Shown here piece after piece: positions 1-12,500 of a DNA stretch of 64,000 bases (its first letter is position 1; the number at the start of each line of letters is the position of its first letter). The stretch spans positions 24,056,001 through 24,120,000 of the forward strand of contig OZ004609.1 in assembly GCA_963924565.1 (NCBI GenBank). Reading direction: 5' to 3'. A program made the translations under genes and the position numbers. The DNA comes from Ascidiella aspersa. Its lineage: Eukaryota. The notes beneath the pieces are model-generated. The model did no database searches. It was given only the letters and a program-made list of their open reading frames with translations, and was not told where the DNA came from.

Positions 1-2750
1 AACAACAAAGTATGTAGGTTTAATTTTGCTGGTTAAATAGTTAAATAAATAACTTACTTTGAAGACTGAGGTCATATTTTTAGGAACTGCCTAGTGACAA
101 TGTGTAGTTTTACTTCTCTGGATTTTATAATAGACATTAATGCAAAATTTTAAATTATTTCATAAACAAAATTCCTATTCTCTAATTTATAAACAAAGTA
201 TGATTTAAAGTTGTAGATTTAAACACATCTAAATTATTGATTAATTAGCGTTCTTCAAGATAAAAAATTAACATTATGATCTTGAAGTATTCCTAGATGT
301 TGAGTTATTGGCAAAAAACACAAACCAAAAAAAATACTAATGTTTAAAAAAATATTATATAGCCAAATTAAAAAATTGTGCTCCACTATATGTGGGTTAG
401 TTGTATGACAGCAGCCAGTATGCATTTTATGGCACTTTTCTTAGAAATCTTATTTTTAGGTGTGCAGAGGTGTGTAATCCAGGTCTTATACACGACGGAG
501 ATTTAGAATTCCACCATATCTAAATGTCCTGAAATATAGGATTTTAGTTTACTTTTTCAGATGTGCATATAATGTTAAAAATCACATAAAAACTGGGCGA
601 GCAGTGCGCTTATAGAATGATTTCAGAATGCATTATCAGGTTTGATTATCTAAAATTGTGTGTAACAGCTTATGTGACGTGAATTGGTGCAAGCTTCAAA
701 ATCATATTAATCTTGGGCACCCTTGGCAAATTAGTAAAACAGAAATTAGTTTTCCCGAAAAATAAAAGGATTTCGCAAACATTTACTGTTATTTTTTAAA
801 ATACCTATTTATTTATTACAAATAGTTATGTGAGCAAGCAAGCAAGACTTGAATGTACACTATTAATAAAATAACTAAAGGCATTATAGTAATTACCTAC
901 TACTTGTCATGTAGTTAGGATAATTGTTGAGGTGAAATTGTATGTTTTGTATAAGAAGGGTGCCGCTGCCACTGGTGGCAAAAGTTTAAAAACGAAAACT
1001 GCTTTAAAGTTTAAACCCCGCATGCTGCCATGCCTGTTACGCATCGCTTAACATTTGGCGCAAAATATAGTCCACGTGCCTTTCGCTAACGTAACGCAAC
1101 ACCTCTTGACGTAACCGCGCTAAACTTAGAAACTTTTTCAAACAGCCGTAGCGCAATTACCTGCGTCACCGTCAAAATAAAAAAGTACGGCATATCGCCT
1201 TGGTGAAAATAGAATTTAATGTTTCTAAGTGAATATTTTATGTTTTATAACTTCTTCCAGTACGTTTAGCAACGAAAAGTTTAGTCAGAACGTACAAACC
1301 ATCGTGTTAATTACAGCAGTTTGAACAGCAAGCAATTTACCGGGGGTATTTCGGTTAGTTGGCGATATTTTGGACACTGTTGAGCCATGCTACTATAAGA
1401 TAAACTATGGCTGAACATATCTAACCGGATGTTTTCCATAAACTGCCCGTATCAATATGAATTGTGTTTTGACCTGTTTTTTAAGGCATGATCGATTGCC
1501 GTGCTTTGCATCAGGTATTTATACTTTTGATTTAGAACTTTAATCTTAAATCCTAACCGGACTTTTTTAGCACAACACCTCTAACCTTTTTTTTCTTCCT
1601 CGGACTGGAGGCTATCATGAGAATGGAGGTATGTCAGAATTGACTGTTTTCACAATGCGTGCATAAAGATAAAGATAAATGTTTAGACAAAAAATGCGTT
1701 TATTTGGATTATATTGACGAAACATTCAATATACGAGACGTGACGCTCGCAAAATGCTTTATAACCTAATTTAGTTGCGCTTGAGTCACAAGGCGCAATC
1801 TCCCATGGAATGCATAGCGCATATGAGCTCAATTGATTCCTAACATATCAAACGCGAAGTGGAACATTTTGTACAGTAAACGTTGGTCAAAAATATAGTT
1901 TTTTGGGGTACTTAGCCTAGTGTCCCTTCTGGATCCGCCTTTACATTAATATAACTTAGCGTACTAAAAAAAACACAGCAAGTTTCACATTTTTAGTATA
2001 TTTAAGGGCGATCACGCTTTTAGTAATCAAAGCACCTTAAGTGGGGGCAACCAGGAAACTTGTCGCAGGATTATGAAAAAAACAAACAGAAATACAGTTC
2101 TAATCTTCCACTCATTGGTTGCATATCTATGTAGGAAATGCTTAAAGATCATCGATTAGTCGTGCTTCGCTTTTTATGCAAAATACAGCCCTGCATCACA
2201 AAATAAAAAACAATACATAGCGAAACACGTTAAAGTAGCTAAAACTAAGCGTTTGCAAGCTGATATAACGATATATGTGTTACAAAGAAATAATATTACA
2301 CTTAGAGATCTTGGGTACTTGAACGTTTTGTTGAAAAAAAAGTAAAAAAATGACGGTAGTGGGTGAATAAAATGTGGGGCCATATCGAAAATAATGCGGT
2401 TATCACAAAATTATATATTTTTTAAGTGGAAAGATTTAACTCATTATATTTTAATAGCAGATCGCAGAACAGATTAGCCCGATAAGGCAATTCAGTTGTT
2501 TAAAAGCGCAGTATGCATTGCATTGTTTTGGAACGGAGTTTTAAGATACTGATCATATTTATATGTTTATCGGATTACACGCGTGCGTAGGTTTCGGCAA
2601 GCATACAAACACAGAAAAAAAACATCTTTAATTAGCACGATAAACGCCAACTTCAACCGAAAAACAAATTATTTTTCTACACTTCAGAATAAACTAAATG
2701 CTTCTTAAAATTCCACTAACGTCGAGCGATGTGAATGATGTGTAGCACAC

Positions 2751-4709
2751 TCATTTTTTATTCATCAGTTCTTTTAAAAGTTCCTCTGCTTCCTTTTTAG
2801 CCTGAAAATAATCGAAGAGGAATGAAAATCAGCAATAACTAAAACTAATGGACCTTTGTTTTTGAAAAATTGAATTTCTTTGTTCAGTTTTATAGTTTAT
2901 TCTGTTGTGCGATTAGTAGGATGTGTAGAAGTTGCAACGGGTAAGTAGGCGCTGGCTCCGACGGCAGCTTAAGTCTCTTACACGTTATAGGTTCACTTAA
3001 CACTGCCTGAATTTTCAAATTACTGGTTTACCACTGCACGTGAAAGTAATATACTTCCGACTATACAAATTTTTCATTTATTCAAACTAACCGTTTCGTC
3101 TTCCGCATTTAAAACTGGATAGTGTATAGTTCGGTCAAGGTAGAGCATGGCTCGCTTCACATCACCCATTTTCTTGTACGCCTTACCCAACATGAGAAGA
3201 TTGACGCTGTAGAAGTTTGGTTGTACTAAAAAAGAGTGGTTGGAGTTAGAAAACAAGCAATGCATAGGCCCAAAATACTTCTAAACATTTAACAAATTAG
3301 GATTTAAAAGAAAAAAAGGAGGCGCTGGTCTAGAATCCTACCATAACGAATAATACTTGGGTTGGGATGCGGGTTAGCGTTTGGGTAGGTTAAAAAGCAA
3401 TATTATTAAATAATAATACTTGACGCACCCTCACCCAAACACTAACAGACACCCTAAACCAAATATTGTGCATTGGTTTAATGATTGTTTCAACGCTGTG
3501 ATAGAATTCTAGATTATTGCCATAAAGGGTACTAAACGTGCCTCTTTCAGCCTTCATGAAGTATTCTGCTGCATCTTTGTAGTTGGAAGTTGGAGGGGTT
3601 GCAAAGAGGAATCCTGCAATAGTGTGTTGCCACCCTGGCATGTCTGCAAACACAAAGCACCACATTCCCAGGCAGTGTAGAGTTGTTGCATCGCTTGGAT
3701 TTAGTTCTGCTGCCCTCTAAAGTGTACAAATTTAATGAGCAAAAGACAAATATTAAACTAATCTTTGATGAATGTTCTAACTTTAAGGACTTAGGTTATC
3801 TAAATAAAGTTATTGAGGCTACATTTTACAAAACTGCAAATAAATACCATAGAAATAGCCAAAATTAAGTACTTTACAAACCTCTAAATGATCTCTTATA
3901 ACAAATGCATTGGAAATTTTCACTTTGGTTCCTTCATAGTCTCCAACATCACCAATTGTAATTGCATACCATTTATGAGATGCATAGTTGTCATCATCTG
4001 CCTTTAAAGCATCAGAAGCAAACTGGAATGCTTCATAGACAAGACGCTTTTTTTCCTTAGAGTCTATTCCTTCAGTTTTCAGTGCAACATCCCGAGCAGC
4101 ACGACTCAGCCGCCATAAAATTTCAGCATTTTTTGTATCTTTGTAACTACAACAGTTTATAGGAAAACATAGTCATGCTTTCACTAGTTGTAATTATTGT
4201 ATTATTTTAGAAGTTATCATATTTGTAAGTTGTGAACTAATTTAAATTGGTATTGAGAAGTAATTAATAGGTCATACTTGATTAGGTAATCATAAACATC
4301 TTTAGGAGTGTCGTTACTGTTGTATCGTTTCTCTGCCTCCGCTATAACAGCTTTATCATTTTCTAAAAAAACAAAATCATAGGAAAAAATGAGCTCTTTA
4401 AAATCATATGGTGTATTACTACAATTTTTCACAAAACTTTTATCTAGTTATAATATATCTTAAATTTACCCTTTTTTATCTGTTCGGCAAAAGCAACTGG
4501 AATGGTTACTAATCTGCAGCTTGTGTAAGCAGCTGATGAGAATAGGGCCAACTTGATAGAATAATTTGTACTCCAAATCTAAAATGTTAAACAGTAATAT
4601 AACAAATGCAATAAAATATTTAATACCAATTTCAACAATCATTTACCTTTTTTAGGTATGCAAATGAAGAAAATTTCAACAGCTTGGAAATTATGTTACG
4701 GCTTGCCAT
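2751..4709 (-). CDS. RMDN1: Regulator of microtubule dynamics protein 1 (TPR-like), 7 coding exons, ~293 aa
   Basis: Exons 4709-4647, 4578-4470, 4362-4278, 4146-3882, 3716-3542, 3225-3092, 2801-2751 join in frame (882 nt). The peptide YKDTKNAEILWRLSRAARDVA...SHKWYAITIGDVGDYEGTKVKISNAFVIRDHLERAAELNPSDAT...FATPPTSNY...PNFYSVNLLMLGKAY closely matches RMDN1 as recalled. The N-terminus is basic and Ser-rich, like a mitochondrial targeting sequence. Intron 5 needs a GC donor. Confidence 0.93.
3321..3521. mobile_element. MITE family with internal telomere-like repeats, copy 1 (RMDN1 intron 5)
   Basis: Starts ggcgctggtctagaatcctacca; G-rich gggtt(a/g) tract followed by an acccta/acccaa tract; homologous to 37304-37631 and 55458-55630. 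Confidence 0.75.
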
Positions 4710-4852
4710 TAAATAATAACTAACAGGACTGCATAAAAACCAGAATGTTCATGTTAGTTTGAAATATTTACTAAAAATATACATGAAATAAGCTATTGTT
4801 GCCAGGCATAATATATAACGGAGTGTTGCTCTTCCAGCAGAATATATAATAG

Positions 4853-4894
4853 ATCGACATTTCGACGTGCTGTACAGAACGTCTTCATCAGGAT
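4853..4894 (-). ncRNA. Minimal type-I hammerhead ribozyme motif (GAAAU variant)
   Basis: Reverse complement reads atc-CTGATGA-a-GACGT(tctgtacagc)ACGTC-GAAAT-GTC-gat, with a 5-bp stem II. Confidence 0.55.
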
Positions 4895-4969
4895 ATTAAA
4901 TTAAATATTTAATCGCACGAATTGTTACTTTTTGATTTATAAGGAATCTGTTTTACATGTAACGTCAGT

Positions 4970-5011
4970 ATCCTGATGAAGACTTTCTGTATAGCACGTC
5001 GAAACGTCGAT
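4970..5011 (+). ncRNA. Minimal type-I hammerhead ribozyme motif
   Basis: atc-CTGATGA-a-GAC(tttctgtatagcac)GTC-GAAAC-GTC-gat: 3-bp stem I, stem II closing pairs, and palindromic ACGT in place of helix III. Confidence 0.65.
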
Positions 5012-5173
5012 CTATTATATATTCTGCTGGAAGAGCAACACTCCGTTATAAAAATATACATGTTAGGCTATTTTTAGTGTTTACCAATAAAATTATCAAA
5101 AACATAATACATTTTAAACGTATAAAAAGTGATAGACTCAATGCGTTAGATATTGTAAACAAATGTACAGCTA

Positions 5174-8100
5174 TCACACATGACACAATTTTAACAAATA
5201 ATTAGCGTTTACGGTAAACTTAGATGCATTTTTAAAACCATTATTCGTAAAGTTAGAATTTCTAAAATCAATGTCTTTATTCGCAACAGAAATCCTTGTC
5301 AGAAAATACCAAACGGCATCTGCATCAATTTTGATAAGGTTAGTGTAAAGTTTAACTGCATCGTTTTGCAACTCCTTATCACAATCTGAACTCAGGTACT
5401 CCCAAGATGCCAGTAACACATTATGAAAGTGGTCAAAGGTTATATGAATGTTGAGGAGTAGTGGGCCCAATTTACAAAGAACGTTATGCAAAAGTTTAAA
5501 AAGAGTTGAATGATGATACACAAGTTTAGAGGAATTAGATTTCATAGAAAGAGATTTTGCAGTGCTTGATTTGATCAATTTTACAAGTTGCGGAAGTACA
5601 TCTTTGGTGAAGCGTCTCCGAATAAAATCGCCGGCTGCATTAGTCATGATGCAAACCACATCAAATGAATAGGACACCACCTAGTATATATATTAACACA
5701 GGTAAAGGTAAAGTTTTAAAGCTAAATTGGGTAATGTGAATCTCTATAGTTTCTATATAATCAAACTATTTATATTTATATTGTCTACAAAGTTATAGCA
5801 TCCTGATTATTTGTACGTATAAACTAAAATTTATAATAGTATTATAAAAATTAACCATTAAAGCGCCCATATTATCACCTGCAATTCAGTGTCAGTAAAG
5901 CGAACCATCAGAGGTGACCAAAGTTTGTGCACCAAAGGTAAGAGTATGTTTTCATGTCTTTTCAGAGCTGAAATACCCTCAAACAAAATCTCCATAACCA
6001 GAAGCCGAATTCTTGGATTTTCATTTGCCATGAGATTACAACATCTCTCCATTACACATTGTACCACCTGAATTTCTGCAGGGGTTTTTGGTTCTGTATC
6101 ACTTTCATCCACAATTGGTTCATTGTCGATTTTAGCTTGATTATCAGTTTCGTCCTCACAACTGTCTTCAAAGTTTGTTGAGGCCAGTTTGTTCTTGTGG
6201 AGTTCTAACAAGGAGACCAATACATCTTCCGGTAAAAGTTTAAAACTAGTTTCAGTTGTTTTATGAGACGGGGGTTTTTCAACAGACATGTCCAATTTAA
6301 ACCAATTCTTTATTGATTTCACAAGTGTGAGCAAAACATAAAGAAATGCCAATAAATGTTTATGCTGTTGTCGATGTAAATCCAAAGCGTCAAGAACCTC
6401 AGTAATGCTGTCCCGGATTAAATAAAACACAGACTTATCACTGTGCAAAATCATTGCTTGTAGAACAGTTGAACATCTGAAATTAAAACACTGGAAACTT
6501 AAATTGTGAATAGTTTTAAAAAAATAACTAGAAAAAACATAGTCTACAATCGGTGGGTTGCATAAGCTGTCCTAATAACAGCAGCATAAAAAACAAAGCA
6601 ATTTAAAATTATCTAGACGAATTTAGCAGAATAAGTAATAAATACCTGGGAAATAAAGAAATGTGATGAAGCTGGATGGAGATGGTGCTTACTAAGTAAT
6701 CAGCATTTTGACAAAGCAGCATAGACACATTGTTATATTCACAATTTTTTGCTATAGCTTGAAGTGAACTAACTGCACAGCTCGATACCATCAAGTTAGT
6801 GTCTAAAACTTTTTCCAAAACAGGGTAAAGAGCAACAATCAAATTTGGGCGAAAATGTAAACCCAATACTTGAGAAAATGTTGAAATTGCCTCAATAAGT
6901 ATGCAGGCCAATAAGACATTGCTTTTAATTGTGAGTGGTGAGACTTTCCTGCTTGTAGCAACACTTTTATCGATAACACACACACTGTTATTTGGTCTCC
7001 ATGAATGGTTAGTTAAAAGGTAGTCAGATTCGAAACCAGTAACCAAATACCAATTCTCTGTAGAAGTGTAAACTTCCAACAAGTTAGAAATCAAAGTTGG
7101 CAAGTTTTGTGTATCATGGCGATTAAGTGTTCCCAAAAGAATCTCATTTAAAAGAAGAACAGCTTCAATCTTTGTGCTTTCGAGTGTGTATGACTGGTAT
7201 AACAAATCAAACATGACATCTATCTCCCCATACTGACCTAACAAACGACAAATTTTTATCAAAGTTGTAACGATGGATAAGTCTGTAAAGTTTTTGAATA
7301 CCTTTTTAAAATGCCAATTAGAAAATTGACCATGAAACATTGGTGCTTGTAGTGAATTGTGTTGGACCGCAAGGGGAGTAATACCATCTGTTTCAGCAGA
7401 ACTTGAAACATCAACTTTAAAACAAAACATCAGGGCATTTAAGAGTTTCTCAATCTGGATTGAAGAATAAAATAATGGTTTTAGATTGGATTTTAACACA
7501 GACAAATAGCCAAGCATTAGTTGTAAAGATTTAACTTTGTCATCATCTGAAAAGCGGATAAGGTTTTTCGGCAAGTTGTTGCAATGGTTAAATAATAAGT
7601 CTTCTACAGTGTCCTTCACTTGTTGTGGCAACTCTAATCCGATCAATGAAATTGCTGATTGGCTGGCTTCTGAAACTGATGGTTGCTCATCATGTAGTAA
7701 CTGTAGTATGCCCTTTAGTAGCGTTGCAACACAATTTGGTAATGTGTTAGTACAAGAAAACAATACGTCTTTACAAAATGAGACCAACGCCAAGCGCACA
7801 TAACCGTTTGGGTTTTGTGAAACAGCAATTATTCGTTGTAGCACAATCTCAACCTTTGAGGCCACACTTTCAACCCATTTATCATCCCTTATTTTTCTTA
7901 AATGTTCAAGTTGTTTTATTCCCTTGAAATTAATTTCATCAGTTAAGCAACGGAATTCCTTGTTTGAAGATATAGCGATGGACTTATCCCCAAGAACAAC
8001 ATCTAGGCACGTTGAAACAACCTTCAATGCTTTGCATTTGACTGTATGGCCCAACTTCTGTTCACCCAACAAAACCTTTGAAACACCAGATAAAATTCCC

Positions 8101-8723
8101 GGCATAAGGGAGCAGAAACAATCACCAATGAGCAGCCCTAAAAGATCTTTTTCATTTTCCAACATATTATGACAGTATTCCGGACTCAAGATGTGTAACA
8201 ATACGGACAATGCTGCAATCTTAACAGGTCTGTGGTCATGTAGCATGGCATCAAGGCATATTGTGACCAAATGGCCTAGTAGCGGCAAGTTTCTAAAAGA
8301 ATAAAAGTTTTTCCAAATAGTTGCTATTCCTTGATTTACTAACTTATCAATGCACAAGAGTGTTGAAAGAACTAGTTCCTCACTGCCAGATAGTTTAATA
8401 GTGCCATCCTGAGGATTGGATATGCATAACAGCAATGCCTTAACTATGTCATCCACAAGATTCCATTCTTTTACATTTGACTTAGTAAATACTTCATTAA
8501 GGCATTTTTGTGCCTGAATAATCTGTTCTTCTTTACTTAAACCCTTTTGCAAGATGATGCGCAAGGGGAATACAAGGTATTCATGTAAATTTTGAATGAT
8601 ATTCGAGTCAAATATCTTGATTAAGTTTTGAAGTTGAACCATAGACTTCACATTTTGTGTTTTCATAACCTCAACACAAACCGGCCTTAAGACAGAAAAT
8701 GCAGATTTATCATCAGAATGCAT
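5174..8723 (-). CDS. TTI1: TELO2-interacting protein 1 homolog (TTT complex, HEAT repeats), 3 coding exons, ~1060 aa
   Basis: Exons 8723-6646, 6476-5879, 5680-5174 join with GT-AG introns (3183 nt). Motifs AFSVLRPVCV, LHEYLVFPLRIIL, QNADYLVSTIS, LLPLVHKLWSPL, GDFIRRRFTKDVLPQL and DADAVW are characteristic of TTI1. A probable 5' UTR intron runs from a donor at ~9320 to an acceptor at ~8757. Confidence 0.92.
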
Positions 8724-9564
8724 TATTTATTACCAAATAAAATATTTTATACATTGCTGTAAATAAAAAAGAAATGTTTTAGAGTTTTGTTATCAGTGTC
8801 AATATTGCAATTTTATCAATTTGTGTTGCCTGCTTTAATAAACTAGCAATGTTTTTTTAATTTTTTCAAGAAATAACATATTTTTGCAAGCTACTAGCTT
8901 TTGCAAATAAAAGATTGATAAGTTTTTTTTAACCTATGATAAAATACCTGGATTAATTTTTCGGCCTTTGCAGGAGCTACAAATAAACGGTATTTGTGTA
9001 ATTCTTTATATATTTTTTTTAAATATTTTTATTGGTAGTTACTCAATTGGTAGTTTGCTATTTATCGAATTATGTTGTTGACCATGAACAATTAACATGA
9101 GTATTCTACAATAGTCCTAAAAAGCAATATAGAACTGTGGTGGCCTTGGGATTTCCTTTTCAAATGATTTTGTTTTACATAGTTTGGAAAACCTTGTAAT
9201 AGATACTGCAATTATTTGTAGTAGTTCGGTATTCATGCGTAACGTGTTGCTAATTCTGCGTTTTATGCAAAGTTGCTTTCGGCTTTAGATTCATGAATTA
9301 CTATGTATTTCCTTACTTACCTTGATATTCCTGAATTCTATGATACTATCACTGCTAAGTTTTTTTCAACTTACAAATCTAGATTTATACATAAAACATT
9401 TTTTGTGTAAACAAATGCTGACACGTCTCAATGATTTTTCGATGTTGTAATGCCTGAGTAAACACAAGTCCAATACAATGTTTACATATAAGTTTTCTAC
9501 TGTGTTTTACGCGTTGTAATATTACTCTGTTTACGATCGATACCAAACGTAAAACGCCAATAAA
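8724..9564. promoter_or_regulatory. Divergent (bidirectional) promoter region shared by TTI1 and ANKRD27
   Basis: The start codons face apart, 841 bp from each other. A minus-strand GTAAGT donor at ~9320 puts the TTI1 non-coding first exon within ~250 bp of the ANKRD27 ATG. CpGs are retained locally at ~9230-9570, against CpG-poor flanks. Confidence 0.6.
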
Positions 9565-12500
9565 ATGGAGTCGTATGACGAGGATCTAACCCAAAATGGT
9601 TGGTACATTTCATTATTTCAAAAACATGAAGATTTATATGCAAGGGCGACCAATGAAAGATGGATGGTAGGTTATCGGCAACTGTGGAAAGTATGGCAAG
9701 TGCACCCGCGAGATTTTTTCAACCGTTTAACAGTGCACCCCGAAAAAATCTGAACTGCACCCAAAATATGTGAAACACTTGTGCGGAATACGTTTACACT
9801 GCAATGTATGCAATACAGAGTGCATCGGAAAATCATAAAGTGCACCCGAGATCCACTTTTTTACCTTTGTTGCACCTGGTCACTCGTATTTTTTCAAACT
9901 TCCCCCCCGAGAGATTTCGTCGAGATCTGCCATACTTTCCAGCAGTGGTTATCGTTTATTTGTATAATATAATTAACTTTTCGTTCTATATGTAATGAAG
10001 TACTGACGTTTTTTGTATGTAATTGTGGCATATAATTTTTTTTTTTATTTAGATATGCATCCCGCAACAAGGCACTTGGAAACCAGGTTTTGATGATGGT
10101 GATTTATTTTCACAAAAGTATTTTGAATCTCATATGTTAAAGCCTGTTGTAGTTTACTCCAGTGAAAATAGTAATGTGGAATCAACCCACCAAACCAATT
10201 TTGTTACATTTAATGGAAAGGCTAGTAGATATTTAAAATTTTAGTTTATTGGCATGTTTACAATTTAATTGCAGGTTTCTGGGAAAACAATTATCTCTAG
10301 TTATATATTAACAGGCCTTGACAGTGTAGCAATAATTGGCGTTTTGTAATTGCTAATGCTCATAAGCATCTAGTTCCTATGATATAGCCTAGTTTTATTA
10401 TAGGTGTGTGTCAAAATTTTGCACAAGGGAGACGATTTTGCAGCTGGAAATAGCGCGGCTGTAATAACATTTCCGTCCAAATTTGCACGGCTGTTGTGAC
10501 ATTATTTGTAAAGTTTGCACCACTGAAAGTGGAGTACTATACTGAAAACCATTAGTGCATTTTAAGTTGATTTTACATGAAATGTGTGGCTATGACCGTG
10601 GCCTGGCGGGAAACTGTGTGGGGGATTTATGCTTACTTTGCAAACCTGGCCTTACTTTCCAACCTGGGATTCACATAACATTTTCATAAAGGGCCAGACA
10701 ACTGTAACGATTAAGGATCCAAGGTTTAGATTTAAAATTTTGTTTCAAACTTATTTAACTTTATTATTATTTAACTAAGAAAACATTAAATAAAAAATTC
10801 AAATTATATTTTATTTTTTTAAATATAAAATGAGATTTATGAAATCGCCATCAAAATTTAGTTTGTATGTTTCCTGATAAATTTCTCGTTGATAAACTTT
10901 TAATAATTTTATTTTGGGATCACTCCATTTGTTAAGTTATATGGTGTTTTTATTACACTGTTTTATGTGAAAATACTCCTTTTTGCAGGAAGTGCACATT
11001 GAAGGTTCTAAAATAAACTGTGGAAGTGGATTTAGCAATAAATTTCAAAAACCATCTTATGATACTCGTAGTGAGACTTTAGATCTTCAAGTAGAATCAT
11101 GCCATTCGTCAGAGATACTCTTTGAAGAGACATTTTTCAATCAAAATGATGAAAGCTATATTGTTTTATGTATTTCACAGCCATTGGAGCCGGACCTTGT
11201 ATTGCAAAAAAGTTTGTTTACCGTGTTTTTTACTTTATATTTGTATACTTGGTTTCACTAATAGTGGAAAACAATTTGATTTTTATACAACCTTATTTCA
11301 TTTTGTCTGCCTATAGTTTTATGCTAAGAATTTACATTTTTTGTGGGGATCGGAAAATTCTTATTCATGAAGACAATACAGTTATAAACTAAAACGGAAT
11401 ATATATTATAATATCAAAAACACTATATTTATACCTAAATAATATTAATACTTGAATAATATTGTTACATATTTCTTTGCACATTTTAAGAAAATGTGTT
11501 TCAACATTTAATTAGTGAATTTTTGGTATTTATAGAGAGAAATGACATAGAGGATGATGAAACACAAGCCAACAAAGAAGCAACATCAGTTTGGGAAACT
11601 TATGGTTCATTTATCTGGAGTAAAGCAAGCAATGGGACACGATGCCGAAACTTAGTCAATGACAAAGTCAATCTGTTCATTTCGGACCAGAAAAATGCTC
11701 CTTACTCTTATACACTCATGGGAAAAAATGAACAAGCTGCTGCTAAGGAAATAAAATCCACTTCAGTTAGTTTTTTGTGTGTTCCCTTATCTTCCTTTGG
11801 TTTTTAATTGGTGTACAACATGTCTGTTTCCATTTGAAGCCCGAAGTTATTTAACAAAAATTATCTGTTTTTTACATTTTTTATATGTAAAAATGTGGTC
11901 TTATAATGCTCAATTTAAAAAAAACAATGGTGAAAATAACGGCCCAAATAGACATAAAAAGCGACATGCTTTATTATTCAAACGTTTCGGCAAATGCTCA
12001 TGCCATCATCAGTGATATAGCATGTCGCTTTTTATGTCTATTTGGGCCGTTATTTTCACCATTAAACTTAAGATCCGTATATAGTGTTTTAAAAAAAAAC
12101 AATGTTTATACATTTTTAGGACAAAGCAGTAGATTTGCTGACCACATGTTTCAACCTGCTTCATAAAGATTTAAAATTAGTAAGTTTTGCTGTTTTTAAG
12201 ATCTAAGTGTGTTATATATTTGTGGTATATAAAAATTTACCTTTTTTCAACAGAGAAAGTACTGTGAGCAACCCGCACAATATGAAGAATTTCGAACAGC
12301 TTTAGAAGTAGGTTAAATTGCAAATAAGTCCAAAACTATACTAAAACTTAATAGAATGTATATAATAACTATATTTGCAAAAAAATGCCTTTGCATTTTA
12401 TATTATTTTAATTTTAAACCCTGGTTTCATGTTTTGTTTTTTATTCTTTTTGTAGAACTATGTACAACATGACATTCATGATGTTGTTATGAACAAACTT

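Larger units (their letters stand above)
4814..5050. mobile_element. Inverted-repeat element (~82-bp arms) carrying two opposed minimal hammerhead cores; probable Penelope-like pseudo-LTR derivative
   Basis: Arm 4814-4895 is a near-perfect reverse complement of 4969-5050, and each arm contains CTGATGA-a-GAC...GTC-GAAA(C/T)-GTC. Confidence 0.7.

Noticed and set aside
1-2700. Scattered splice-like signals (e.g. 561-638, 1261-1353, 1486-1514) suggesting another gene
   Set aside because: No phase-consistent ORF or recognisable protein could be assembled; a non-coding transcript can be neither excluded nor supported.
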